Assembly (NCBI GenBank): GCA_965216255.1
Contig: OZ244148.1
Span: 4,692,359-4,756,358 of the forward strand
Source: Rhodothermales bacterium
GTDB taxonomy: Bacteria > Bacteroidota > Rhodothermia > Rhodothermales > Bin80
Reading direction: 5' to 3'
DNA: 64,000 nucleotides
The stretch's first letter is position 1; each line of letters begins with the position of its first letter. Positions 18,989-35,675 of the stretch are shown here, one piece after another. The translations under genes and the position numbers were made by a program. Below the pieces are notes generated by a model. That model worked only from the letters and a program-made list of their open reading frames with translations, did not search any database and was not told the origin of the DNA.

Positions 18989-20760
18989 AGTACTTGATTC
19001 CTAAATCTGATGTTCCTGCGAATGTCTTGCCATTTTCCGATATCATGGCCGTAATCACCCTGGTTTGAGCGCTTTCACCCCAACATTCGACGCTTCTTTG
19101 CCATGCGCGGAGTTCGCAAATCACAGTTTGAACTCGGGCAAGTACCCATCGACCAGATCAAGTTCAAATCCAAGTCAAGGGATGATGTCCCCGCCGTGCT
19201 GCGTGGTCTGCAGCATCTGTATTGCGATCCCCTCACCCGGAAGAAGATATTCGAGATCATGAGAAAGCGACTGCGGTCAGATGTCAGCTTGGAACGCGGC
19301 CGCCCCGGTATGGATCTGTGGCAGGTCTTTGTCCTTGCCGTGATCCCAAATGCCCTGAACTGCGACTTTGATCGCCTCTTGGACTATGCTGACCATCACG
19401 AGAAGCTGCGCCAGATGCTGGGGCACGCAGACTTTTACGACAAAAAGGAGCAAGTCCAATAGAGCGTCATCGACAACGTAAGTCTGCTGACGGAAGATAT
19501 TTTGGAAGAGATAAACCGCGTAGTGCTCACCTGCGGCCACCGCCTGATTAAGAAAAACCGGCCGGAGGATCCGCTTCGCTGCCGGACGGATTCGGCAGTA
19601 GCAAAGACGCACGTGCACTGGCCCACGGACGTGAATCCTCTGTGGAATGCGATGCGCTGCCTAATCCGGGATCTTAAGCGTACGTGCCGGGCGCACAAGA
19701 TCTCAGGGTGGCGCAAAGGCATGTCTTGGAATAGGCAAGTGCGACGGACATTCAATCGGGTGCGCACGCGCCGGCAGTGGCGAGACCCATCGAGGGTGAA
19801 GAGCTATCTAAGTATGTGCCGCCAAGTTGTGCAGAAGGCGGAGTGCATACTGAAGGTTTTAGAGCGGCGCGGGATTGCGTACGAGGAGATACCGCGCTAT
19901 TTGCGGCATGCCAAGCGGCAAATAGACCAGGTAGAGCGCCGATTGATCAAGGGGGAAGTGATTGCGCACGGTGAGAAGGTCTTCTCGGTCCATGAGGAGC
20001 GCACGCGCTGGATTAGCAAGGGCAAGGCAGGCGTGGTGGCGGAACTGGGGGTGCCGGTATGCGTGCTGGAAGATCAATACCAGTTCATTCTGCGCCACCA
20101 CATCCTGTGGGAAGCAGGAGTCCAGGACATGATCGTGCCCTTCCTTACGGAGGCGAAGAAGCACTATCCGACACTCCGCTCGTGCAGTCTGGACAGGGGG
20201 TTTTACACGCCGAAGAATCGGGAGCAGCTGGACCGGCTACTCGATTTGAACGTCATGCCCAAGAAGGGCCGGCGCACTCAGGAGGATCTGAAGAGGGAGA
20301 CGGCAGAAGCCTTTGTGGACGCCAGCATCCGGCGATAGAGTCGGCCACGGGCAATTTGAATCACCGCGGGCTGGGGCTGGTGCGCACGCACGGTGCCAGA
20401 GGGTTTGCCTGGACGGTGGCCCTGGTGATGGTAGCGGCCAACGTACACCGAATCGGTCCATTGCTGAAGAAGCAGGAAGAAAGGCGACGGCACCGGCATA
20501 GAGCCCACAGCCGAGCGGCGTAGGCCCGCTCGCGCGGCCGCATGGGAGTAAGGCTTTCCCTCCTTCACAAGAGGAGAGCGCCTACCTGTCTCGTTGTCCC
20601 ATAGATTCGGGGCATACCACCGCCGATCAGTGGTTGGTAAGCTCGAAATTCGGAGCTGGCTCGCTATGCCCTTTCCCCCTCCATGCAGGCCCCGCTACCC
20701 ACCGAATAGCAGCCCCCCAAACCGCATTTCACCAAAAAGCCTGCTTTTTCTGGCAAGCAC
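18989..20760 (+). mobile_element. Decayed copy of an IS5/ISNCY-like element (same type as 57521..59307)
   Basis: ORFs 19103..19462, 19502..20338 and the tail of 20059..20523 together align with the intact 477-aa transposase at 57655..59088 (..DQIKFKSKSRDDVPAVLRGLQ.., ..KTHVHWPTDV.., ..VAANVHRIG..). They are broken by a stop and frameshifts. The ends (agtacttg.. / ..ggcaagcac) are approximate. Confidence 0.65.
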
Positions 20761-20893
20761 TACCTATCTTGCGTGGGAATCGAGGCTAGGTGTACTGGCG
20801 ATCAAGACGTCGATCCGCGGAAAGCTCAGGATGAGCAAACCATTCGCGTACAGGCTCTAGTCACATTGGTTACGTGAAGCCCCGCACGCAAAT

Positions 20894-23800
20894 ATGATAG
20901 AATTCCGACTGAGCCGCGCCTTCCAATTGAGTCTATTGGCCGTACCATGCGCTGTCGCGCCAGCACAGCCTTCGCGTTCGGTCGCTCATTATAGTCCGGG
21001 CCTCGTGTGGGTGCAGTTCGAAGAGGGAACTTCGATATCTCCGGGTGCCGGAAAGACGGGTCTTGCTGCTTTTGATCAGGAAGCGGAGCGTTTTGGCGTA
21101 TCTCTGGTCGAGAGGACCTTTTTTTTCGTAGACCGCGTTGCGGAAACGAGAGAAATTGCAGAAAGCACGAGGAAGCTGCAGCGCATCTATACGGTGCATC
21201 ATGATGAAGCGTTTGACTCGGGGCGCGTAGCCGCGGCGCTGACCCGGGACCCCAGTGTGGTCTATGCGGAGCCTCACTTTGTTCGTGAGCCTATGTGGGA
21301 TACTCCTGCGGCAAAAGAGAAGGATCGGGCACGTCGCGAAGCACCCAATGACCCGTTATATGCTCAAGCTCCGTATATGGACCGCATGCGGATGGCCGAT
21401 GCATGGGACGTAGTCAAGGGTGAGCAGGGTGATGTTGTGATTGCCGTCGTGGAAATGGGGGCAGATACTGATCACGAGGACCTTCGGGGTGCGCTGTGGA
21501 CGAATGCGGGTGAAATTCCAGGCAATGGCGTAGACGATGACGGTAACGGATTCGTGGACGACATGCACGGATGGAATTTCGAGACGAATTCGCCGATTGC
21601 TTCAGGCGACAATCACGACACTAATCCTTACTTCATAGCCCATGCTGCGGCCGTAGGCGGCTCGGCCGCGGCCGTGGTGGACAACGGAATCGGGCTGGCA
21701 GGCACAAGCTGGAATGCCAGGCTCATGCCTGTTGCCGGATACGGAGTGGGAATAGCGTATGCAGCGCTGAACGGAGCAAGTATCATCAACGCAAGCTACG
21801 GCGGCTACGGGTACACCCACACGGAGAAACAAATTATTCAGTCCGCACTGGACGAAGGGGCACTGGTAGTAGCTGCGGCCGGCAACGCAAGCATAAACTC
21901 AGACAAGACTCCCTCTTATCCCGGCAGTTTCGGCATCGAGCTCGGCGTTGGCGGTACGCTGGCGGAATCGGATGTGAACTACTACAATTTCGGGCGGAGC
22001 GTCAATGTATTTGCGGCTGGGAGAAATGTAGTCGTACCTGTCCCCGGAAACGATTACGGAAGGGAATTTGGTACATCCTTTGCTGCGCCGCTTGTTGCCG
22101 GGATTGCGGCTTTGGTGAAGACGGCGAATCCGGACTTCACACCCTACCAGGTGCGCGAGCAGGTGCGCCTTACGGCTGACAATATTGAAGCGGACAATGA
22201 TGCCGCACTGACGGGTCTTCTGGGCAGCGGGCGCGTCAACGCGTACCGAGCCGTTACGGAGAGTGGTTTTCCGGCCATACGCATGACCGAGTACCAGCTT
22301 GTTGGGGGCGACCGCGCGCTGCAAAGCGGTGAGTCAGCGGAAATCGCCGCTAAGTTTGTAAATTATCTGTCCGATACAGAGAACCTGACGATTGAGTGGT
22401 TCTCGGACGAGGAATTCGTGGAGTTTGAGAATGGGCCCGTCAGCATTGGCGTCCTCAGAGCGGAGGAGGGCGCCGACATCAGAACCAGGTTCAAGTTGGC
22501 AGAGGATACTCCGTACCGGGCGCGGTTTTTTGTGTCTGCCCGTTCACGAGATGGATCGTACGATGATGCGCCCGATATCGTGCGGCTAATAGCCAACGAA
22601 GGCAAGACGTATGAACATATGTCGGGCGCAATGGGGTTTCCTGTTACGACCGAAGGAAATCTTGGCTTTCTCGATACGCGCATACATGAATTTCGTAGTG
22701 ATGGCATCTGGGTACGCGATGCCAACGGCCAGAGGCGGCCAGTCATGTGGGAGGGTGGTCTCCTCGTTGCCAGCGGGCCGGATGCTGTGTCCGACTGCCT
22801 GTCGTCTGACGAATTGCGATATAACCCCAATCCTCAGCATATGGACTTGGTCCCGAAGAGAGGAGTTACGCTGGAGGTGCGTGAGCCCGGGCATCTGGTA
22901 GCGCAGGAGGCCAGGATGGAATTAGTGGATGCCGGTGCAGCCAATCCAATCGGCGTAGAAGTTCTTCAGGAGAGTTTTGTCGACACTGCCACAGAGAACG
23001 AGGACTTTGCAATTCTTCGGTACACGCTGAGGAATCCCACGGATCGTGAGATGACCAATATCCATGTGGGTCTCATGTTCAATTGGAGGGTAAGCTCAAG
23101 CCGAGACGGGGATCATGTCGGCTTCGATGCAACCAGAAACCTCGGCATTCAGCAGAACGCTGCCTCAAATCCTACCCTTGCGGTAGGCACAATGCCTCTT
23201 TCGGACAATGCGTCCGTGCACTACAAAGCCCTGCGATTCAGTGAATCGCGTACGGACAGGACGAAGTGGTCGTACTTGACGGGGGGGATCCAGAATCCGA
23301 GTTCCGGAGCTGATGACTGGATGCAGGTGATAGGGGCGGGCCCCTTCACTATAGACTCGGGGCAAGAAGTCCAGGTGGGCTTTGCCGTTGTCACCGGAAA
23401 GAGCCGCGAGGATCTTTTTCAGAATGCAGACAATGCCAAGGTGCTCTGGGAAAGCACCATCCGCCAGGCGCCTACGGCCCAGTTTATTCAGAATGTCGAC
23501 GGTCCGGCCGTCGATGTATATCTGGACGATACGCAGATCCAGGACGACTGGACGTTCCAGTCTGCGACACACTTCGAAGCGCTCTCGCCGGGAGAGCACA
23601 CAATCGATGTTGTTGCCGGAGGTGCGCCGGAGAATGCTCAGCCGCTGAGTTCCCTAACGATACACACGAGCTCGTCCACCCATTACCACGTACTGGCGCA
23701 AGGCAAGGGCGAGGATGTGGACATCGTGGCTGTGGAGAACGTGCGGAAGAGGCATGAGCCGGCCGAGATGGCAACATTCTATGTAACGCACGGCGCCAGG

Positions 23801-24406
23801 GACCTGCTGCCGGTAGACGTGCAGCTCCTGCAGCCGGGCGCTGAGAGTGTGCCGCTCCTCAACGATGCAGCATATGGCGCCTTTGGCGAATACGTGGCGG
23901 TAACCCCAGATTTGCACGATATCGAAGTTACGACCTCCGCCGATGGCCTACGGGTCAATGTGTTCCAATTTGATTTGAGTGGCCTCGCACAACAAGCCTT
24001 CGTACTCAGTCTCTCCGGCTCCGGCACGTCGGCGCGCGAAGGCCTGACCATGATGGGCGTACAAACAGACGGAACGGTCTTCTACCCTTCGTCCGTGACG
24101 AGGAGCGGAAAACAAACCACGTTACCGGAAGAGTTCGCGTTGCACGGGAACTTCCCAAACCCATTCAACCCACACACGACGGTCCTGGTGGATTTGCCCG
24201 TCGCGGCACAGGTCAGCATCGCGGTGTTCGACGTGCTGGGCCGTCTCGTCCTGCGAACCTTGCCCGAGCAATTTGAAGCCGGTCACGGGCGGATGGTCAG
24301 AATCGACGCCGGGCAATTGGCATCCGGCGCCTATGCCTACCGCGTGCATACCACAACTAGCGCGGGGACCGAGGTGCGCGCGGGCCAAATGGTTATCGTA
24401 AAGTAA
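20894..24406 (+). CDS. Paralogous S8-family peptidase-like protein with T9SS C-terminal domain; catalytic Asp position is Glu
   Basis: It aligns end to end with 12778..16335. Its triad contexts are IAVVEMGAD (Glu187, codon 21452-21454, where the paralogue has Asp), FIAHAAAVGG (His kept, but GT becomes AA) and GTSFAAPLVAG (Ser kept). The C-terminus is FALHGNFPNPFNPHTTVLVDL...YAYRV. Confidence 0.8.
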   Translation: MIEFRLSRAFQLSLLAVPCAVAPAQPSRSVAHYSPGLVWVQFEEGTSISPGAGKTGLAAFDQEAERFGVSLVERTFFFVDRVAETREIAESTRKLQRIYTVHHDEAFDSGRVAAALTRDPSVVYAEPHFVREPMWDTPAAKEKDRARREAPNDPLYAQAPYMDRMRMADAWDVVKGEQGDVVIAVVEMGADTDHEDLRGALWTNAGEIPGNGVDDDGNGFVDDMHGWNFETNSPIASGDNHDTNPYFIAHAAAVGGSAAAVVDNGIGLAGTSWNARLMPVAGYGVGIAYAALNGASIINASYGGYGYTHTEKQIIQSALDEGALVVAAAGNASINSDKTPSYPGSFGIELGVGGTLAESDVNYYNFGRSVNVFAAGRNVVVPVPGNDYGREFGTSFAAPLVAGIAALVKTANPDFTPYQVREQVRLTADNIEADNDAALTGLLGSGRVNAYRAVTESGFPAIRMTEYQLVGGDRALQSGESAEIAAKFVNYLSDTENLTIEWFSDEEFVEFENGPVSIGVLRAEEGADIRTRFKLAEDTPYRARFFVSARSRDGSYDDAPDIVRLIANEGKTYEHMSGAMGFPVTTEGNLGFLDTRIHEFRSDGIWVRDANGQRRPVMWEGGLLVASGPDAVSDCLSSDELRYNPNPQHMDLVPKRGVTLEVREPGHLVAQEARMELVDAGAANPIGVEVLQESFVDTATENEDFAILRYTLRNPTDREMTNIHVGLMFNWRVSSSRDGDHVGFDATRNLGIQQNAASNPTLAVGTMPLSDNASVHYKALRFSESRTDRTKWSYLTGGIQNPSSGADDWMQVIGAGPFTIDSGQEVQVGFAVVTGKSREDLFQNADNAKVLWESTIRQAPTAQFIQNVDGPAVDVYLDDTQIQDDWTFQSATHFEALSPGEHTIDVVAGGAPENAQPLSSLTIHTSSSTHYHVLAQGKGEDVDIVAVENVRKRHEPAEMATFYVTHGARDLLPVDVQLLQPGAESVPLLNDAAYGAFGEYVAVTPDLHDIEVTTSADGLRVNVFQFDLSGLAQQAFVLSLSGSGTSAREGLTMMGVQTDGTVFYPSSVTRSGKQTTLPEEFALHGNFPNPFNPHTTVLVDLPVAAQVSIAVFDVLGRLVLRTLPEQFEAGHGRMVRIDAGQLASGAYAYRVHTTTSAGTEVRAGQMVIVK

Positions 24407-24992
24407 ATGGGCGAGCGCCAGAGAATCCTGCTGAGCTGTCATGTGCCACGTTCCCACGCCAGATCTGACATCGCATTAACGCCCGAGTTTCCATTCGGAG
24501 AGTCCGAGTTACCGCTCTATCTGCTTATTGTCTCCAGACATTCCTGGTCGGCTGCATTTGGTTCGTGAGTGGCAACACAGGTCATTGGCGTCATTAGCCT
24601 GGCAACGTCCATAGATCGCCCTTTTCCGGCACGCCTGTTTGAGCTGATTACGGTTAAGAACAGGCACTGATGGCCAGGTCAGTAGCCTTTTTGACCAGGT
24701 TTTAACCTGAACAGGTCGTTCTGTACCCAGGTATTGTACTGTTTATACTGCGTCTAGTATATCGGCAGTGTAATCCCTGATGGCAGCGGCGTTCTACGCC
24801 CTGGTCGCAGCCATATTGCACACCCAAGGCTTGTTGCCGGAGGGAATGGACCCGGTGCAGGCACTGTTGCGGCGTATGCGTCCGGTGAAGTACAGGTCAG
24901 CGGCAGCTGCGGGTGTGCCGTTGGGTCCGAGGCGTAGATGGAGGCAGTAAGCGGTTGGGCTTGCCGAGTCCGGAGCACCCGGTGCTTGGCTG

Positions 24993-25196
24993 CTATGCAG
25001 CCGTGCCTTTGGCAGCTTTCCGTGCCTTCTGCCAATGATGAGGCAAGAGGTCAGCTACGCGCCTGGCCGGATGCGTCGGGATGCGCTCGAACACGTCGGC
25101 AAGCCAGGCCTGGGGATTTACTCCGTGCAGCTTGCACGTGCCGAGAAGAGAATAGACCACCGCCTGCCCGCTGGGCTGCCGCATGCGAACCCGCAA
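24993..25196 (-). pseudogene. Second IS66 TnpC C-terminal remnant
   Basis: ..AVVYSLLGTCKLHGVNPQAWLADVFERIPTHPARRVADLLPHHW. Confidence 0.7.
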
Positions 25197-25326
25197 ACAG
25201 ATCTTATAGTAGGACTGCTCCGGCTGGGCGAGCTACTTTAGCTCGTCTATCCATCACCCAAACCGGAACAGCCTCACACAAAAATACACCCAACCTTTCA
25301 CTTTAGCCTCCTCGCTGTTTGTCGGC

Positions 25327-25521
25327 ATGGACAAGCACAAGAAGAGCATTGCGCTCTGCGTATACGACAGCAGCGCGGGTGAGGTAGTCGACGAGCGGCA
25401 GTTGCCGAATGATATGCCGAAGATCCGCAAGTATATAGTGTCTGGCCGAAAATGCCTTCTGGCTTGTGGAGGGCTCCAGCAGGGCATTTCAGGGGCAATT
25501 TTCGGGATTGTCGGAGTCTGA
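25327..25521 (+). pseudogene. IS110-family transposase, N-terminal fragment
   Basis: MDKHKKSIALCVYDSSAGEVVDERQLPND is the typical IS110 N-terminus. Similarity fades after about 45 codons. The fragment ends against the IS256 end at 25582. Confidence 0.55.
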
Positions 25522-25581
25522 CGGACCTAGGTGAAGGCACTCAGAACCCGGTTTCCATGCCGCAGAGTGCATGCACATGCG

Positions 25582-26984
25582 GAGAAACTGTCATATCTTG
25601 GGTCTGTAGAATGCCGCGGCATAGGATTGGGGAATTAGAATTAGGCGGCCTGTTTGTCTACTTCTACGCGGTACTCGTGTGGGGTTGTTTCCAACACAAG
25701 GATGAGCAGCTGCGATCCAGTCAGCCTCCGCCAGCGTTTCTGCGCTTCCCGGGTCAGCTTGTAAACCATCATCAGTGTCGCGTCCCGGCTGCCGCATCCC
25801 TTGGTTTGCCGTGTACGTTTTCCTGCGGTCGCAAACGTGGACTCAATGGGATTCGAAGTCCGAAGATGAACCCAGTGTTCGGGCGGGAACTGGTAGAAGG
25901 TTAAGAGCTCCTCTTGATCCTTGCGCAGACAGGTGAGCGCCTTCTCGTAGGCGCCTCCGAAGAGATCCTCGAAGGTATCGAGTGCCTTCAGGGCATCCTT
26001 CCTGGACGGTGCCGTATAGATGCCACGGAGCCTCTCTTTCGCAGACCCCTGCAGCTTCTTGGGTAGCTTACCCGGCACGTTGGCTGTCTTGTGCACCCAG
26101 CATCGCTGTTGTAGCGTGGAAGCGTATACTTCATCCAACGCAGCCCAGAAGCCCAGGCCTACGTCTGCTGTGGCCACCTTAGGCGCTACGTCCAAGCCTC
26201 GTTGTTTGATATTCAGCAATAGCTCCTTCCAGGACAGCCTGCTTTCCCGCTCTGCGTCCAGAAGTCCTACGAGTTCTTTGCTTCCATCAGGCGGAACTCC
26301 AATAATAACAAGCATACACGGGCGCTCGTTTCCCATGCGGACATGGAAGTACAGCCCGTCAGCCCAGAGGTAAACATACCGCTTGCCCGCGGGGTCCCGA
26401 TTGTTCCATTGCCGGTATTCCTCTAGCCAGGCCCCCTTGAGTCGGCTGATCGACGATGGCGATAGGTTGCCAGCTTGCGGCCCAAGTATGGCCTCCAGGG
26501 CCAGAGGAAAGTCGTTGGTCGAAACTCCCCGCAGGTACAAGGCCGGAATGAGTGCATCTATCGACAGACTGCGGCGCATATAGCGCGGCAGTATGGCGCT
26601 GGTGAAGGTATGCCCTGTTCGAGGGTCACGGACATGGGGCCGCTGGATCGCTAGCGGGCCCGCACCCGTGAGGATTTCTCTCTGCGGCTGGTGGCCATTG
26701 CGTTTGACGACTCGGTGGCCGTGCTCATTCCGCAGGTGTGCATAGGCCTTCACGTAGTCGTCGGCTTCCCGCTCGAGCGCTGCCTGAAGCATGCGCCGGG
26801 CAGAGCTGCGCACCAAGTCATCCAGGGTGCTGAGTGCCTCCTCGCGGGTAAGGAGTGAGTGTACGTTGGATTCTGTTGGGTCTGTTATACGATGTAGTCC
26901 GGATATGCCCGTCTAGGGCGATTGATGGGTACTCCACAAAGATACGCCGCGACATTCTACAGACCCAAGATATGACAGTTTCTC
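25582..26984 (-). mobile_element. IS256-family element, copy A (best preserved)
   Basis: About 35-nt terminal inverted repeats: GAGAAACTGTCATATCTTGGGTCTGTAGAATGCCGCGGC at 25582, and its near-perfect complement ending at 26984. The flanking 8-mers differ (cacatgcg / cgctatcc), so no target duplication is evident. Confidence 0.85.
25641..26816 (-). CDS. IS256-family (mutator-type) transposase
   Basis: A 391-aa uninterrupted ORF (..RNGHQPQREILTGAGPLAIQRP.., ..YLWADGLYFHVRM.., ..QRCWVHKTANV..). Copy B starts at an ATG (MTDPTESNVHSLL..), but copy A has ATA at that position. The ORF here can therefore only start at an internal GTG/TTG about 26 codons downstream. Confidence 0.8.
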   Translation of the reverse strand: MVRSSARRMLQAALEREADDYVKAYAHLRNEHGHRVVKRNGHQPQREILTGAGPLAIQRPHVRDPRTGHTFTSAILPRYMRRSLSIDALIPALYLRGVSTNDFPLALEAILGPQAGNLSPSSISRLKGAWLEEYRQWNNRDPAGKRYVYLWADGLYFHVRMGNERPCMLVIIGVPPDGSKELVGLLDAERESRLSWKELLLNIKQRGLDVAPKVATADVGLGFWAALDEVYASTLQQRCWVHKTANVPGKLPKKLQGSAKERLRGIYTAPSRKDALKALDTFEDLFGGAYEKALTCLRKDQEELLTFYQFPPEHWVHLRTSNPIESTFATAGKRTRQTKGCGSRDATLMMVYKLTREAQKRWRRLTGSQLLILVLETTPHEYRVEVDKQAA

Positions 26985-27485
26985 CGCTATCCAACACACA
27001 AGACGCGAGTGTCTGCGAGGAGACCTATAAGGACGCACTCACGATCAGCCAGCCCGAGATCTTCCACTCGGACCAAGGGTCACAGTATACCAGTGAAGAG
27101 ATGACATCGCTGTCGAAACGTGCCGGCATCCGGATTTCGATGTGTGGTCGTGGCCGGTGCTACGACCACATTCTGATTGAGCGACTGTGGCGCAGCGTCA
27201 AGTACGAGGAGGTCTACCTCAACGAATACGCGAACCTGCGGCAGGCACGGCAGCGCCTGGGAGGCTACATTAGCTTCTACAACCACAGTCGTCCGCACCA
27301 GAGCCTTCGGTACCGAACCCCATCCGAAGTCTATCACGGCCATTCAGGACCCCACCCAGCGATGGCTATAACCCACACGACAACCACATGCCCACTGGGA
27401 CCAACATGTCCCGCCATCACCCACAACCCTAGCAGTTATCTATCTTAAATCAAGCGAAATCCTGTCCAACGATTGGGGTACACAT
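26985..27485 (+). pseudogene. IS3-family transposase (integrase core) C-terminal fragment
   Basis: LSNTQDASVCEE..PEIFHSDQGSQYTS..GIRISMCGRGRCYDHILIERLWRSVKYEEVYL..YNHSRPHQSLRYRTPSEVY. It begins abruptly at the IS256 end. The right limit is approximate. Confidence 0.75.
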
Positions 27486-28077
27486 CACAGTAATCTAGTC
27501 CGCCATAGTATATTCTGCCATTATAGGAAAGGGTTTGCGCCTCAAAAACGGAACGAACGGTCGGCAGGGCACCTTACATGCTGCCTGAGATCACCACGCA
27601 CTAACAAGGGTGGAACCCCGCCTCAGAATCGCAGCGGATCGTGCCTGATCGCATTCAAGTACGATCCAGGGCGATTTTTGCGTTGGCCAGATAACACTAA
27701 TTATCTAGGGACGCAGAAGCCGGGATATCCGTCGCTCACGCTCGTCAGCATCCGGCGCATCGTTCGCGGCTGTGCTGCCGGCGCCGGGCTTCAGGGCCGC
27801 TACAGCGCGCACAGCCGCCGGTGGGTAGCCGCCCAGTCACCCATAGAGCACGCGGCCACGCTGCAGGAGGCGCAACTGTCCGGCCGCTGCCTCAGGTACG
27901 CTAACAACCAACCCCATAGCCCGCTCTAGCTGCTTTTGCATACAGAACTCAGCCCACCGAGCGGGCCGGGACTCTCTACGAGAGGGCAACCTACCTCGAC
28001 GAGGTGTACGGCGGCACGACACATGTTGTATTTTGGCTGTGATTCGGCTCCGGGAGTTCGTCCAGGACGATGGGAGA

Positions 28078-29633
<1,556 letters not shown>

Positions 29634-29637
<4 letters not shown>

Positions 29638-30047
29638 GCAATTCCGACGAACGGCGCTGGCAGCAGCGGCTCGACAACTTCGGGACGGCTCTCGCACAAC
29701 TGGCGAACGCCTGCGAACGCGAGCGGTACGACGACCTGGAGCGGGCCGGCCTGATCAAGACGTTCGAGTTCTGTTTCGAGTTGTCTTGGAACGTTCTCAA
29801 GGACCTGCTCTTCTATGAGGGGCATGAAGTGAAGGTGCCACGCGCGGTGATCCGCAAGAGCTTTGAGGTCGATTACATTGACGAGAGTGATTGTGAGACC
29901 CTGCTCGACGCCCTGGATAAGCGCAACCTGTTGAGCCACACGTACTGGAGCGACGTGGCTCGGGAAGCCGAAGCCCTGATCAAGGGACGCTACTGCCCTG
30001 CCCTGCTGCGACTCAGCCGGACTCTGGACGCCATGCGGACGCTATGA
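29634..30047 (+). CDS. HEPN-type nucleotidyltransferase substrate-binding protein (HI0074 family; HepT-like toxin)
   Basis: Conserved ..WQQRLDNF..A.. start and the Rx4H motif RNLLSHTY. The GTG start overlaps the hsdM stop (GTGA). Confidence 0.75.
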
Positions 30048-30391
30048 CGAGCGGTCTCAAGGACGTGCACCGTGAGGCAATCATCGCCGTGATCGCGGCC
30101 AATGATCGCGTGGAGCGGGCCGTATTGTTCGGATCCAGGGCGACCGGAACGAACACCGTGTCGTCCGACGTGGACATCGCGCTGTTCGGCAACCAGCTGA
30201 CACTGACGGATCAGGCCCGTCTCGTGGCCGCGTTGGACGAGATTCCGATGGCGCAGTCGGTCGATCTGATTCTGTACGACTCGATACGTAACCGAACGCT
30301 ACAGGAACACATTCGGAACCACGGCATCGAGTGGTTCGCACGACCGGCTCGCGACGGAGGATGCGAGACCTCGCCAGAATCTGCTTGTTAG
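30044..30391 (+). CDS. Minimal nucleotidyltransferase (MNT-type antitoxin)
   Basis: Polymerase-beta fold motif LFGSRATGTNTVSSDVDIALF (GS...DxD). The ATG overlaps the upstream stop (ATGA). Confidence 0.75.
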   Translation: MTSGLKDVHREAIIAVIAANDRVERAVLFGSRATGTNTVSSDVDIALFGNQLTLTDQARLVAALDEIPMAQSVDLILYDSIRNRTLQEHIRNHGIEWFARPARDGGCETSPESAC

Positions 30392-30406
30392 TGGCTCCGT
30401 TGCACT

Positions 30407-34806
<4,400 letters not shown>

Positions 34807-35008
34807 CACCGGGTCGGTCGGGGTAGCACGGATCGGACGCCGACCCGACGCTCGACCGTAACCTTACCATACTCAGGCTGCCACCAACACATCTTCAGAG
34901 CTCGCTCTGACGACCGTTTTCAGAGGAGCCCCTGAATGAGTCCGCGTCTTACACACGTTTGTCATAATTTGCTTTCTTTATAATAACATTCTTTGTTTAT
35001 TAGCTCAC

Positions 35009-35635
35009 ATGCTCACTATATCTCTCATCGTTCAGAAAGGAGGGGTAGGCAAGACATCCACTGCTCGCTGTATGGCTGTAGCATTCGAGCGATCAGGCAC
35101 CACATCCGCGATCTTAGATATGGACCCGCAAGGCTCCGCCACCGCATGGGGAAACCGTAGAGAAGCGACGCACCCGGAGGTTATTAGTACCGTTGTTTCC
35201 CACCTCCATGACACGCTCAGCGTAGCACAGGGCGCCGTGGAAGTCGTCATCATAGATACCCCGCCCAAGAATTCAGAAGTAGCGATCGCCGCAGTCCGTG
35301 TGTCGGATCTGGTCATCATTCCCTGCCGCCCTCAGATTGACGACATTGAGATGCTGCCTGCCACGAGACAGGTACTCGACATGGTTGGCGGCATACAGGC
35401 CATTGTAGTGCTGAACGGCGTGCCTCCCAGTTCTGTCAGATGCCAGGAAGCTGTCGCCGTCATTTCAGGTCACCCTACCGCAGCATTTCCCGTCTGCCCC
35501 TACTTCTTGGGGTACCGTGTAGCTTTCGGTGACTCTTCTGTACTGGGCCTGACGCCCCAAGAGTACGCTCCGAGGAGCAAGGCGGCAAGAGAAATAGAGA
35601 AAGTTCACAAGTATATTTACGGTTTAGCATCTTAA
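35009..35635 (+). CDS. ParA/Soj-family partition ATPase (small plasmid type)
   Basis: Deviant Walker A at the N-terminus (VQKGGVGKTST), DMDPQGSA, IIDTPP. It is preceded by an AT-rich intergenic region (about 34900-35008). Confidence 0.8.
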   Translation: MLTISLIVQKGGVGKTSTARCMAVAFERSGTTSAILDMDPQGSATAWGNRREATHPEVISTVVSHLHDTLSVAQGAVEVVIIDTPPKNSEVAIAAVRVSDLVIIPCRPQIDDIEMLPATRQVLDMVGGIQAIVVLNGVPPSSVRCQEAVAVISGHPTAAFPVCPYFLGYRVAFGDSSVLGLTPQEYAPRSKAAREIEKVHKYIYGLAS

Positions 35636-35675
35636 CTCACTATCGTCCTAACCGTCTTTATAGGAGGTGCCCGAT

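Noticed and set aside
25327-25581. The idea that the IS110 N- and C-terminal fragments (25327.. and 43812..) are a cleanly split single gene.
   Set aside because: IS110-like similarity in the left fragment fades after about 45 codons, and together the pieces account for only about 250-265 of the usual 330-400 residues. The middle is missing, so a simple insertion with precise joints is not supported. I keep it only as part of a multi-step model.
25574-26992. An 8-bp target-site duplication around IS256 copy A, and likewise around copies B and C and around the outer ends of the 18-kb block.
   Set aside because: The flanks read cacatgcg/cgctatcc (A), aaagtgtc/cgccgtct (B plus end fragment) and acgtaggc/taagtgtc (C). 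No pair matches in any combination expected for simple or composite transposition.
34810-34847. An inverted repeat cgggtcgg ... ccgacccg just after the hsdR stop, as a possible terminator.
   Set aside because: It is an 8-bp stem with a 22-nt loop and no following T-run, which is too weak to call.
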